Shown: positions 9,040 to 18,223 of the stretch, in pieces | Position numbering within the stretch: the stretch's first letter is position 1 | How the letters are laid out: every line of letters starts with the position of its first letter | NCBI GenBank assembly: GCA_963693055.1 | Contig: OY843751.1 | Coordinates: 5,472,001 to 5,536,000 of the forward strand | Length of the DNA: 64,000 bases | Reading direction: 5' to 3' | From: a bacterium | Lineage (GTDB): Bacteria > Zhuqueibacterota > Zhuqueibacteria > Residuimicrobiales > Krinioviventaceae | The notes under the pieces: generated by a model | Seen by the model: only the letters and a program-made list of their open reading frames with translations | What the model was told of the DNA's origin: nothing | The model's database searches: none | Program-made: the position numbers and the translations under genes

Positions 9040-10116
9040 TCACCTGTTATTAATAGTATTAATTAAATTCTCAAAACCGGGTGTCATCTTTTCAACAAAG
9101 TCTTTTTTTTCTCTAATGATCATAAAAACCAAAAGTTCCTCGTCAATAGCAAACTGGTATCCTTTTTCCGGTCCTAATACGGAAATTGCAGTAGCATAAG
9201 CATCCGCTATTTGGCATGACGGATGGATAACTGTTACAGATGCAAGATTATGAGTTATAGGTCTACCGGTTCTTGGATCAATTGTATGTGAATAACGAAT
9301 CCCGTTTTTTTCAAAATAGTTTAAATAGTCTCCTGATGTAGCTACACCCACATTATTTACAGAAAGAGCTTTAACATAGCCTGGCTCTGTCTTTGGAGAT
9401 GCAATACCAATGCGCCATTTATCTGTATTAGCGTTATGCCCCCGGGCTCTAATTTCGCCGCCTATTTCTACCAAATAGTTTTCATAATCCTGCTGTTCAA
9501 GATAATTGGCAACTATATCCACTCCATAACCTTTTGCAATGGACGAAAGATCACAATACAATTCAGGAATAGTCTTGCTTACAACAGAGCGGCTTGTATC
9601 GACAGATAAATTATGGTAACCCACCCTGCTTAAACGTTCAGTAATTTCATCGTCTGGCGGAACCTCATCTTTATGGTGCTCGGGCCCAAATCCCCATAGG
9701 TTTACCAGGGGACCCACTGTAACATCAAATGCACCATCAGATTTTTCACTGGTTTGGATTGCATTGTAAAACACAAAGGATAACGCTTTTGAAACAGGAA
9801 ATTCAGTAGTCTCTGAAAATTTATTAAATCTGGAAAGCTCGGAAGAATCAATATAGGTAGACATTTGCATATTGACCTGCTCAAGCAGCGAATCAATATC
9901 ATTCTTTACTTTTTCTATATCAATCACATCATCTGGGGCAGTAACAATCTTTATTGAAAAACTGGTCCCCATTGTGCGGCCGGCCAGTGCATGTTCGTTA
10001 AATTTGTGCCGGTCACACCGGGTCCAATAACTGGCAAACAGTAAAACAGTAAAAAAAACAACCAGAAGAACAGCTTTATTTTTTCTTTTTCCATTGCCAG
10101 TTTTCATAGTATTCAA
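9040..10116 (-). CDS. apbE: FAD:protein FMN transferase ApbE (start may be ATG 10107)
   Basis: GRTMGT, GAFDVTVGPLVNLWGFG, DLSSIAKGYGVD, EIGGE, ATSGDY and HTIDPRTG motifs. Confidence 0.95.
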   Translation of the reverse strand: MNTMKTGNGKRKNKAVLLVVFFTVLLFASYWTRCDRHKFNEHALAGRTMGTSFSIKIVTAPDDVIDIEKVKNDIDSLLEQVNMQMSTYIDSSELSRFNKFSETTEFPVSKALSFVFYNAIQTSEKSDGAFDVTVGPLVNLWGFGPEHHKDEVPPDDEITERLSRVGYHNLSVDTSRSVVSKTIPELYCDLSSIAKGYGVDIVANYLEQQDYENYLVEIGGEIRARGHNANTDKWRIGIASPKTEPGYVKALSVNNVGVATSGDYLNYFEKNGIRYSHTIDPRTGRPITHNLASVTVIHPSCQIADAYATAISVLGPEKGYQFAIDEELLVFMIIREKKDFVEKMTPGFENLINTINNR

Positions 10117-10540
10117 AGCTTATCATCTCGTTTAAATTTTTAATTTCTTCATTTTTTTCAATCAAAATGGTTTTTGCGACATCACCCATTGAGAGAAACC
10201 CAATGTATTCACCTTCTTTTTCCACCAGAATATGCCTGAACCGATGACCCAAAAATTTATCCATTAATTGATAAATAGAGTCAGAATGCTTTGCCGCAAT
10301 CAGGTTTGTTGTCATATAGTCACCTATTTTGGCATTTTTTATATCAAGACTATCATCAAGAATGTCTTGCATTAAATCACGTTCGGTCCAAATGCCAGTG
10401 ACAACATCATCTTTTGTTACCAGGATAGCACCAATCTTGTGCTCGTTCATAATCTTTAAAGTTTCAGCAATCGTTGAATCTACCGGTACGGCAATTACCT
10501 GTTCTGATTTAAGGTTAACAATTTCTTCGGCTGTTTTCAT
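10076..10540 (-). CDS. Stand-alone CBS-pair protein
   Basis: IGAILV..GIWTERD and FRHILV..GFLSMGD motifs, with a GGAGG RBS. Confidence 0.9.
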   Translation of the reverse strand: MKTAEEIVNLKSEQVIAVPVDSTIAETLKIMNEHKIGAILVTKDDVVTGIWTERDLMQDILDDSLDIKNAKIGDYMTTNLIAAKHSDSIYQLMDKFLGHRFRHILVEKEGEYIGFLSMGDVAKTILIEKNEEIKNLNEMISFEYYENWQWKKKK

Positions 10541-10659
10541 AAAGCCTCCTTTATATTTATTAATTTAAATATAATTGTCAACCGCACTTTATTTATTCCC
10601 ACAAAAGCAGAAATAATACAAGATCGGCTTTAAATCCTCTAGCAATCATTTAAAATCGA

Positions 10660-11067
10660 TTATTTTACACCTTTGGCTTTGAAAAATTCCGAATAGGCCA
10701 TATCAGTTTTCAAAATATGATTGGCCAACCACTCTTTCAGGAATTTACTCAAATCAATTACCATCAATGTACTGCCATTTTCAAATTTTGCTTTATATTC
10801 CATTACTTTTTGTTTCAAGTCATTATGCTCTTTTTGATGTGTGAAAATTGCAGAATAACCAAAACGGGTCATCAATTCTTCTTCGGTATCAAAATGGATG
10901 ATCGTATAATTGATCAATTCCTCAAATATCTCTCCCAACACCGAATTAGCTTTGCCGGCACTCATGGCTTCATAAAAGTCATTAACCAAACTAACTAATT
11001 TTTGATGTTGCTTGTCAATTTTATCTATTCCAACACAATAAGAATCTTTCCATTCAAAATAAGCCAT
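10660..11067 (-). CDS. Bacteriohemerythrin (single domain)
   Basis: W...Y..G...ID.QH, HF..EE, H...H and WL..HI...D motifs; all diiron ligands are present. Confidence 0.95.
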   Translation of the reverse strand: MAYFEWKDSYCVGIDKIDKQHQKLVSLVNDFYEAMSAGKANSVLGEIFEELINYTIIHFDTEEELMTRFGYSAIFTHQKEHNDLKQKVMEYKAKFENGSTLMVIDLSKFLKEWLANHILKTDMAYSEFFKAKGVK

Positions 11068-11178
11068 TCTCTCCTACGGCCTAAAAATATCAAGAAAAAA
11101 ATATATCCTTTTATCATATAAGCCAATTCAATTTAATTTATTATAGAATCTGAACAAAAAATTCAAACGTTTAATAAC

Positions 11179-11589
11179 TCAGGAAATAATCTTGTTGTCT
11201 CTTAAAAATTTTACATACTGCATATCCGTTTGCAAAATATGATTTGCCAACCACTCTTTAAGATATTTGCTCAATTCAATTACAACGCTTGAACTACCTG
11301 CAAGATATTTCTCCTGACTGGATTTAATCTTGCTGGTAAAGCCATCATGATAGGCTTTATGTGCTGTAAAAGTGGGATAATTATACTTTTCCAGCAGCTT
11401 TTCTTCGGTAGAAAAATGGGTGATCGTATAATCCAATAGATTTTGCAAAATCGGTCCCATTACTTCTTTACTTTTTCCGGCACTCATTGTTTCATACAAC
11501 TGATTTATATATTCAACCAGTTTTTTATGCTGTGTATCAATTGTAGGTATAGTGGTGCTATAGCTGTCTTTCCATTCAAAAAAAGCCAT
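11179..11589 (-). CDS. Bacteriohemerythrin (single domain), paralog of the neighbouring gene
   Basis: GGAG RBS before ATG 11589 (MAFFEWKDSY), with IDTQH, HFSTEE, HKAYH and WLANHILQTD motifs. Confidence 0.95.
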   Translation of the reverse strand: MAFFEWKDSYSTTIPTIDTQHKKLVEYINQLYETMSAGKSKEVMGPILQNLLDYTITHFSTEEKLLEKYNYPTFTAHKAYHDGFTSKIKSSQEKYLAGSSSVVIELSKYLKEWLANHILQTDMQYVKFLRDNKIIS

Positions 11590-11617
11590 TTCATAACTCC
11601 TTATTTTTGATTTTTTA

Positions 11618-12850
11618 TTAACCAAAATCATCAAACAAGATATTTTCGGGCTCTACACCAAGATCATCAAGCATTTTGAAAACAGCATTAATCATCATTG
11701 GAGGACCACATAAATAATATTCGCAATCTTCAGGTGCCTTGTGTTTGCCAAGATATTCATCAAGAATAACCTGATGTATAAAACCTACATATCCTTCCCA
11801 GTTGTCTTCTGGCAAAGGTTCAGACAGTGCTACATGCCACTTGAAATTATCATGATTGGCCTGCAAAGTATCAAAATCTTCCTGATAGAAAATTTCTCGT
11901 TTACTTCTTGCGCCATACCAGAATGTCATTTTTCGTTTTGAATCCAAACGTTTTAACTGATCAAAAATATGAGACCGCATGGGTGCCATACCTGCACCAC
12001 CACCAATAAAAACCATTTCATTATCGGTTTCGCGTGCAAAAAATTCTCCATAAGGACCGGATATTGTTACCGTGTCTCCCGGTTTTAAATTAAAAATAAA
12101 TGAAGACATCTGGCCCGGCGGTACACTTGGCTTGTTTGGAGGAGGCGAAGCAATACGTACATTCAGCATAATGATGCCCTTCTCCTCGGGATAACTTGCC
12201 ATAGAATAAGCTCGCAAAACGGGCTCATTCACTTTTGAGACAAATTGCCACATGTTGTACTTGTCCCAATCGTCTCTATATTCTTCTTCAATATCAAAAT
12301 CTTTATAACTTACAGTATGTGGTGGTGCTTCAATTTGAATATAACCACCCGCTCTAAAGTTAACATCTTCACCTTGGGGCAGTTCAAGCACCAGCTCTTT
12401 GATAAAAGTAGCAACATTATGGTTCGATTTTACTTTACATTCCCACTTTTTAATTTCAAATACTTCTGCAGGTACTTCCAACTTCATATCACCTTTAACA
12501 GGAAGCTGGCAGCTCAGGCGATATCCTTCACGCACCTGTCCACGGGTCAATTTTGAACGCTCTGTAGCAAGCACATCACCACCACCTTCTGTGACGATGA
12601 TTTTACACTCACCACAAGTACCACCTCCACCGCAAGCGGATGGAATAAAAATACTCTGATCTGCCAGAGAGTTCAAAAGCTTGTCACCCATTGGGACTTC
12701 AAAAGTATGGTCCGGATCATCATTGATAACAATTTTGGCTTTGCCGCTTTGAACAAGCTTTGACTTGGCCAGTAAAATAATTAATACAAGGACCAGTACA
12801 ATCAGCGTGAACATGAACACGCCGAGTAATATTAAACTAAATCCCGACAT
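11618..12850 (-). CDS. nqrF: Na+-translocating NADH:quinone reductase subunit F
   Basis: [2Fe-2S] motif [12 protein letters not shown]...RLSCQ, plus [20 protein letters not shown] and C-terminal DDFG. Confidence 0.97.
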   Translation of the reverse strand: MSGFSLILLGVFMFTLIVLVLVLIILLAKSKLVQSGKAKIVINDDPDHTFEVPMGDKLLNSLADQSIFIPSACGGGGTCGECKIIVTEGGGDVLATERSKLTRGQVREGYRLSCQLPVKGDMKLEVPAEVFEIKKWECKVKSNHNVATFIKELVLELPQGEDVNFRAGGYIQIEAPPHTVSYKDFDIEEEYRDDWDKYNMWQFVSKVNEPVLRAYSMASYPEEKGIIMLNVRIASPPPNKPSVPPGQMSSFIFNLKPGDTVTISGPYGEFFARETDNEMVFIGGGAGMAPMRSHIFDQLKRLDSKRKMTFWYGARSKREIFYQEDFDTLQANHDNFKWHVALSEPLPEDNWEGYVGFIHQVILDEYLGKHKAPEDCEYYLCGPPMMINAVFKMLDDLGVEPENILFDDFG

Positions 12851-12865
12851 CTATCCTCCTTCCCC

Positions 12866-13477
12866 CTATAATTGAATACCAGAAAATATCATAAATGCAA
12901 TGGCCATTAACCCTACAGTTATAAAGGTTATGCCCAGCCCACGCAAACCAGTGGGAACATTGCTGTATTTCATTTTTTCGCGAATACCTGCCAGAGCGAT
13001 AATAGCCAAAGCAAAACCAATACCAGAGCCAAAGCCAAATACCACACTATCTGGAAAATTATATCCACGTTCTACCATAAACAACGATCCACCTAAAATA
13101 GCACAGTTTACAGTAATAAGGGGTAAAAAGATACCCAAAGAGTTATAAAGTTTGGGTACATATTTATCAAGAATCATTTCAAGGATCTGCACCATAGCTG
13201 CAATAACACCAATATAGGTAATAAGCCCTAAAAATGTGAGATCCACATCCGGTAGCCCAGCCCATGACAAGGCGCCAGCTTTTAACACATGATTATAAAT
13301 CAAATTGTTCACCGGCAGGGTGATGGCTTGCACAACCACAACAGCCAAGCCCAAACCTACTGCAGTGTCCACTCGTTTGGAAACCGCAAGAAAAGTACAC
13401 ATGCCCAGGAACAGAGCCAGGGCCATGTTTTCCATAAAAATGGATTTTACAAATAAACTCAGATAATGTTCAAACAT
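12866..13477 (-). CDS. nqrE: Na+-NQR subunit E
   Basis: [26 protein letters not shown] and C-terminal FSGIQL. Confidence 0.97.
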   Translation of the reverse strand: MFEHYLSLFVKSIFMENMALALFLGMCTFLAVSKRVDTAVGLGLAVVVVQAITLPVNNLIYNHVLKAGALSWAGLPDVDLTFLGLITYIGVIAAMVQILEMILDKYVPKLYNSLGIFLPLITVNCAILGGSLFMVERGYNFPDSVVFGFGSGIGFALAIIALAGIREKMKYSNVPTGLRGLGITFITVGLMAIAFMIFSGIQL

Positions 13478-13479
13478 GG

Positions 13480-14100
13480 TTATTCCTCTTCAACTTGCTC
13501 AGGTTTCCAGGTTCTAAAGATCCAAATTAACAGACCAATTATAAAGAAAGCGCTAGGTGACAAAACAAACAAACCATTGGGTGCATACCAACCGCCTTCT
13601 GTAACGGGTTGCAGTACAGTAAATCCTAAAAGCTTTCCAGAGCCCAACAGTTCTCTGAAAAACCCTACAAACAGCAATACAAAACTGTAGCCCAATCCAT
13701 TACCAATACCATCCAGAAAACTTAGCCATGGTGGATTTTTAAGGGCAAACGCTTCAGCACGTCCCATAATAATACAGTTTGTAATGATCAAACCAACGTA
13801 AACTGACAACTGTTTGCTGACATCAAAAGCAAAAGCTTTGATCAACTGATCAGCAATAATAACCAATGAAGCAATAATGGTCATTTCTACCAGAATACGT
13901 ATTGAACTGGGAACATAATTACGAATTGAACTGACCGCAAGGTTTGAAAACGAAACTACAAACGTTACCGCTAGTGACATAACGATAGCTGTTTCAAGCT
14001 TTGAAGTAACCGCTAATGCGGAACAGATTCCCAATATTTGTTTTGCAATAGGATTATTGTTAAATATAGGATCCAATATTATTTGTTTATATTTACTCAT
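13480..14100 (-). CDS. nqrD: Na+-NQR subunit D
   Basis: [16 protein letters not shown] and [17 protein letters not shown]. Confidence 0.97.
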   Translation of the reverse strand: MSKYKQIILDPIFNNNPIAKQILGICSALAVTSKLETAIVMSLAVTFVVSFSNLAVSSIRNYVPSSIRILVEMTIIASLVIIADQLIKAFAFDVSKQLSVYVGLIITNCIIMGRAEAFALKNPPWLSFLDGIGNGLGYSFVLLFVGFFRELLGSGKLLGFTVLQPVTEGGWYAPNGLFVLSPSAFFIIGLLIWIFRTWKPEQVEEE

Positions 14101-14888
14101 TTCAAGCCCTCCCTTAATTGCTCAATATAGGGGCCATATCCATCATTACCTAACCAGAATTTCACAGTGTTATCCAATCCACGAGTTGTCAATGTTGCAC
14201 CAGAAAGACCATCTACCTGATATTTTGCATCGGGAGAAGATTTATCAACTGTGCTCTTGATGACCGTTATTTTTACATTACCCTCGTCATCAAATGCCTG
14301 CTTGCCCGGCCAGATCGCTTTCCACTTGGGATTATCGATTTCACCACCAAGCCCGGGGGTTTCGCCATGTTCATAAAAAGTCAAACCCCGAATGGTTTTA
14401 ACATCATGATCAATAGCGATAAATCCGTACATTGTAGACCACAAACCGAACCCATAAATCGGTAAAATCACTTCGTCCAATTCACCATCTTTTATCACCT
14501 GATAAACAGTCATGTATTTAGGCATACGTTTAATATCCGCTATATCTTTTTCAGCGGGAATACTTTTTCCATATTCCGAATCTTCTGCCATTGCTTTTAT
14601 ATCAAATTTTTCAACATTCAATTCATCATTATAATCTGATTCGGGAATGGGTTCACCGGTTTTCATGTCAATAATTTCGCCTCTTACCAGATCTTTATAG
14701 GTTTGAGTTACATCTATATTATCTTTATACAAATCACCGGCAACTAAAATATTCTTCAACTTGTCCAGCTTTTTGTTTTCCTGCTGTATACCATGCAGGG
14801 AAACAGCCGCAGAGGAAACCAATATCGAACACACAAGGCAAACACCCAGTGCTACGATAAGAGTTTTTTTTGTGCTATCATTAGACAT
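14097..14888 (-). CDS. nqrC: Na+-NQR subunit C
   Basis: Start MSNDS overlaps the nqrB stop; [15 protein letters not shown] and the FMN site [10 protein letters not shown] are present. Confidence 0.97.
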   Translation of the reverse strand: MSNDSTKKTLIVALGVCLVCSILVSSAAVSLHGIQQENKKLDKLKNILVAGDLYKDNIDVTQTYKDLVRGEIIDMKTGEPIPESDYNDELNVEKFDIKAMAEDSEYGKSIPAEKDIADIKRMPKYMTVYQVIKDGELDEVILPIYGFGLWSTMYGFIAIDHDVKTIRGLTFYEHGETPGLGGEIDNPKWKAIWPGKQAFDDEGNVKITVIKSTVDKSSPDAKYQVDGLSGATLTTRGLDNTVKFWLGNDGYGPYIEQLREGLK

Positions 14889-16080
14889 TACGTAACAGCC
14901 TCCTCTTGATATTTTTATTGATATACACCTTGTCAATAATAGGTGCAAATACATTCATAAACAGGATCGCAAGCATCATTCCTTCAGGAAAGGCAGGATT
15001 AATAACACGAACCAGTACGGTCAACGCACCAATTAAAAATCCGTATATCCAATGTCCTTTTATTACCTGGGGGGCGCTTACAGGATCTGTCGCCATAAAC
15101 ACAGTACCAAAAGCAAACCCACCCAAAACCAGATGCCACATGGGGGTAACTGCAAACATGGAATTGGTATCGCTTCCTATTACGTTTAGCAATAACGAGA
15201 ATGCTGCCATACCCACCACAGAGCTCAACATAATTCGCCAAGATCCTATACCGGTAACAATCAAAATAAAAGCACCAATTAATATTGCAAGTGTAGAGGT
15301 CTCACCCATAGAACCGGGGGCCAATCCGATAAAAGAATTCCACCAAGTCGCAGACATTTTCATAACCGGATCAGCAAGCTCACCCAGCGCGGTAGCGCGT
15401 GACAATCCGTCAACAGCAACCCACACTTTATCTCCAGAAATCTGAGCAGGATAGGCAAAGAATAAAAAGACGCGTGCGGTTAATGCGGGGTTAAGAATAT
15501 TCATACCCACGCCACCAAAGACTTCCTTTCCAATAACAACACCAAAGGTGATACCTACGGCAACCTGCCAATAAGGAATTGTTGGAGGAAGAATAAGTGG
15601 GAACAGAATACTGGTTACGAAAAAGCCTTCATTTACTTCATGCTTACGTATAGTGGCAAACAAAACTTCCCAAATACCACCAACAGCCAAAGTAACAATA
15701 TATACAGGAAAGAAGTAAAGCGCTCCATGCAGTAAATTTAGCCATAAATTAGAGGGATCAAAACCGAGTCCCATCCAATTCATAAAACGGGCCTGCCATA
15801 AAAGATCAGTCGCTCCCGCATTGGCTGCAAGCGCAAGATTAGCCTGGTAACCTGTATTGTAAAGCGCCATACCAATGGCAGGAAACAATGCTATCATTAC
15901 CATCATCATCATTCGTTTTAAATCCAACGAATCACGGATATGTGTTCGCTTCAGTGTCACTGTGCTGGGAGTGTAGACTAGTGTGTCTAACATCTCCCAC
16001 ACATAGAAAAGCTTTTCATACTTGCCACCCTTATGAAAGTGCTTTTCCTGCTTGTCAAGAAAATTTCTTAAAGATTTCAC
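14881..16080 (-). CDS. nqrB: Na+-NQR subunit B
   Basis: HIRD..DLKRMM, NEGFFVT, NPALTAR, GSMGETS and FMATDPVS motifs. Confidence 0.97.
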   Translation of the reverse strand: MKSLRNFLDKQEKHFHKGGKYEKLFYVWEMLDTLVYTPSTVTLKRTHIRDSLDLKRMMMMVMIALFPAIGMALYNTGYQANLALAANAGATDLLWQARFMNWMGLGFDPSNLWLNLLHGALYFFPVYIVTLAVGGIWEVLFATIRKHEVNEGFFVTSILFPLILPPTIPYWQVAVGITFGVVIGKEVFGGVGMNILNPALTARVFLFFAYPAQISGDKVWVAVDGLSRATALGELADPVMKMSATWWNSFIGLAPGSMGETSTLAILIGAFILIVTGIGSWRIMLSSVVGMAAFSLLLNVIGSDTNSMFAVTPMWHLVLGGFAFGTVFMATDPVSAPQVIKGHWIYGFLIGALTVLVRVINPAFPEGMMLAILFMNVFAPIIDKVYINKNIKRRLLRNV

Positions 16081-17429
16081 TATCCTTCCTTCTCTATGAC
16101 GGTTAACGTTTTTCTCAAATTCTCACCATGATCAATTTTTGACGGACAGACAAAAGTACACAATGCCAAATCTTCTTCAATCAATTCAAGGCAGCCAAGT
16201 TTTTCACTTTCTTCAACATCTTGAATTGCGAGAGCTTTTAACAAATGTGCAGGTAAAATATCCAAAGGCATTACTTTTTCATAACTACCTATTGGAACGA
16301 TTGCCCGAACGCCACCGTTTTGCGAAGTATTGAAATCAAAGCGTTTATTCGGTATCAGTTTAGACATTACTATATTCTTTACAGAATAATGTTTTGGGCC
16401 GTAATCCAGCCATCCCAAAAAGTGTCTTTCGCGTCCTTCATGAATCACTGTTATCTGCTGATGAAAACGTCCCAAATAATTTCTTTCAGGAGTTGAAGTA
16501 TGACCATTAAATACAGAACCCGAAATTGTTCTGTTATCACCTTCCTTTAATTCCCCTTCAAGCAATTCACTCAAACAAGCACCAACCCGGGTTCGCAATA
16601 GACGAGGTGATGTTGCTCCGGCACCTCCCAAAGCAACAACATGTTCAACACTCAATTTACCGGTTGTAAACAATTTACCAACCTTAATTACATCCTGTGC
16701 TTGTATATGCCATACAATTTTGTTTTTCCCAATGGGATCCAAAAAGTGAATGTGAGTTCCGGGCAAGCCGGCAGGATGCGGACCATCAAACGACTCTACA
16801 GAAAATTGAGGTTTATCAGGAACGGGTATTTCCTCGGACGGTTTCTTACAAACAAATACTTTACCTTCAGTAAGACGAGAGAGAACCAATAGTCCATTCT
16901 TAAAATCCGTTTCCTGACCTTGAACAATCTTTTCAACTACAGGGGCCAATGGATTCGTATCCATAGCTGTTACAAAAATAGAATTGGGCACTGTTTCAGG
17001 ATTCGCAACATGACCAAAGGGCCTGGCTAATAAAGTTGTCCACAGACCGGAATCTACCAACTGTTTCACAACCATTTCACGGTCCAGTGTTGCCAATGCA
17101 TTCTCACCAAATGCAGTAAAAGAGACTTCTTCATCGCCTTCCAGCTCTATCACAAGCGACAAAAATGCGCGTTTCTCACCCCTGTTAATTTCTACTACTT
17201 TACCAGCCCCTGGAGCAGTATATTTTACTCCTGGAAGCTTTTTGTCAGTTAATAAAAGCTGACCTAGTTTAACAGAGTCTCCTATATCTACTTCCATGGT
17301 TGGTTTCAAACCAACATAGTCTTCTCCCAACAGTGCCACCCGTTTTACTGATTTTCCGTTTTCAATTTCCTGACGGGGTTCACCATTAATGGGAAGTGTG
17401 TTTCCTTTTTTTATTTTGAACGTTCCCAT
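16080..17429 (-). CDS. nqrA: Na+-NQR subunit A
   Basis: [24 protein letters not shown] and [14 protein letters not shown] motifs. Confidence 0.97.
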   Translation of the reverse strand: MGTFKIKKGNTLPINGEPRQEIENGKSVKRVALLGEDYVGLKPTMEVDIGDSVKLGQLLLTDKKLPGVKYTAPGAGKVVEINRGEKRAFLSLVIELEGDEEVSFTAFGENALATLDREMVVKQLVDSGLWTTLLARPFGHVANPETVPNSIFVTAMDTNPLAPVVEKIVQGQETDFKNGLLVLSRLTEGKVFVCKKPSEEIPVPDKPQFSVESFDGPHPAGLPGTHIHFLDPIGKNKIVWHIQAQDVIKVGKLFTTGKLSVEHVVALGGAGATSPRLLRTRVGACLSELLEGELKEGDNRTISGSVFNGHTSTPERNYLGRFHQQITVIHEGRERHFLGWLDYGPKHYSVKNIVMSKLIPNKRFDFNTSQNGGVRAIVPIGSYEKVMPLDILPAHLLKALAIQDVEESEKLGCLELIEEDLALCTFVCPSKIDHGENLRKTLTVIEKEG

Positions 17430-17596
17430 GTACACCCTTTATTTTACTAAAATACAGTGTATTAGTTAACAAATTTTTCTCCTAACCTTTTAAATTATAA
17501 AAAAACAATACTAATTACAATTATTTTTTTTGAGATCATGGATTAATAAAGTGCTTTGCTATATAATTTACCGGGCTTTTATCTTGTGAATACTGG

Positions 17597-17625
17597 TTGA
17601 CTTTTTGAAAAAAAATCATTAAAAT
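17597..17625 (+). promoter_or_regulatory. sigma70-type promoter for the PTS IIA-ClC operon
   Basis: TTGACT-N17-TAAAAT. Confidence 0.65.
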
Positions 17626-17739
17626 AATAACTTACGTAGTATGGTCATTCCATTCATGTATTTTCGTACTACATTTGTATATTTATATTTTTGCCGGTCC
17701 CGGATGTAGACCACCTTTGAAATATTGGAGGAAACAAAC

Positions 17740-18195
17740 GTGAGAATTGCAGACTATTTAAGTGACGGTCTGATTTTTTTAGACATAGAAGCTACTGACA
17801 AAGACACCACTATTGCAAAAATAGTAGAACTGATGGATAATAACAAAATCCTTTCAGACGCCAGCGGTTTCCTGAGTGAAGTTAATCAACGAGAAAGTCT
17901 TGGTAGCACCGGTATCGGTTACGGAATAGCATTACCCCATGCCAGAACACAAAATGTGAAAAACATTGTAATTTCTGTAACCCGTTTAAAAAATGGGGTA
18001 GATTTTGGTGCCGAAGACAAGAAACCCGTAAAACTCGTTTTTTTGTTGGGGACCCCCCTCAAAGCAGTGGGTGAATATCTCAAAGTTCTTGCAAAATTAT
18101 CCAAATTATTAAGAGACGAAAAAATTCGTGACCAAATCCTGGTTGCACAAACTCCCTCGGAAATCCGTAGAATTTTCGAAGATGCTGAAAATTAA
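17740..18195 (+). CDS. PTS IIA domain protein (fructose/mannitol/nitrogen-regulatory PtsN-like)
   Basis: GGAGG RBS before GTG 17740; RE.LGSTGIG.GIALPHAR contains the phosphorylatable His. Confidence 0.9.
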   Translation: MRIADYLSDGLIFLDIEATDKDTTIAKIVELMDNNKILSDASGFLSEVNQRESLGSTGIGYGIALPHARTQNVKNIVISVTRLKNGVDFGAEDKKPVKLVFLLGTPLKAVGEYLKVLAKLSKLLRDEKIRDQILVAQTPSEIRRIFEDAEN

Positions 18196-18223
18196 AACTC
18201 ATTCTGGTTGAACTGTTCCCATT

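Noticed and set aside
14906-15445. 179-aa plus-strand ORF (and similar 60-180 aa ORFs opposite nqr, clpC, ccmF and smc)
   Set aside because: Antisense shadows of well-supported genes.
17583-17602. Possible Rex operator (TTGTGAA) upstream of nqrA
   Set aside because: Only one half-site; the second half does not match TTCACAA.
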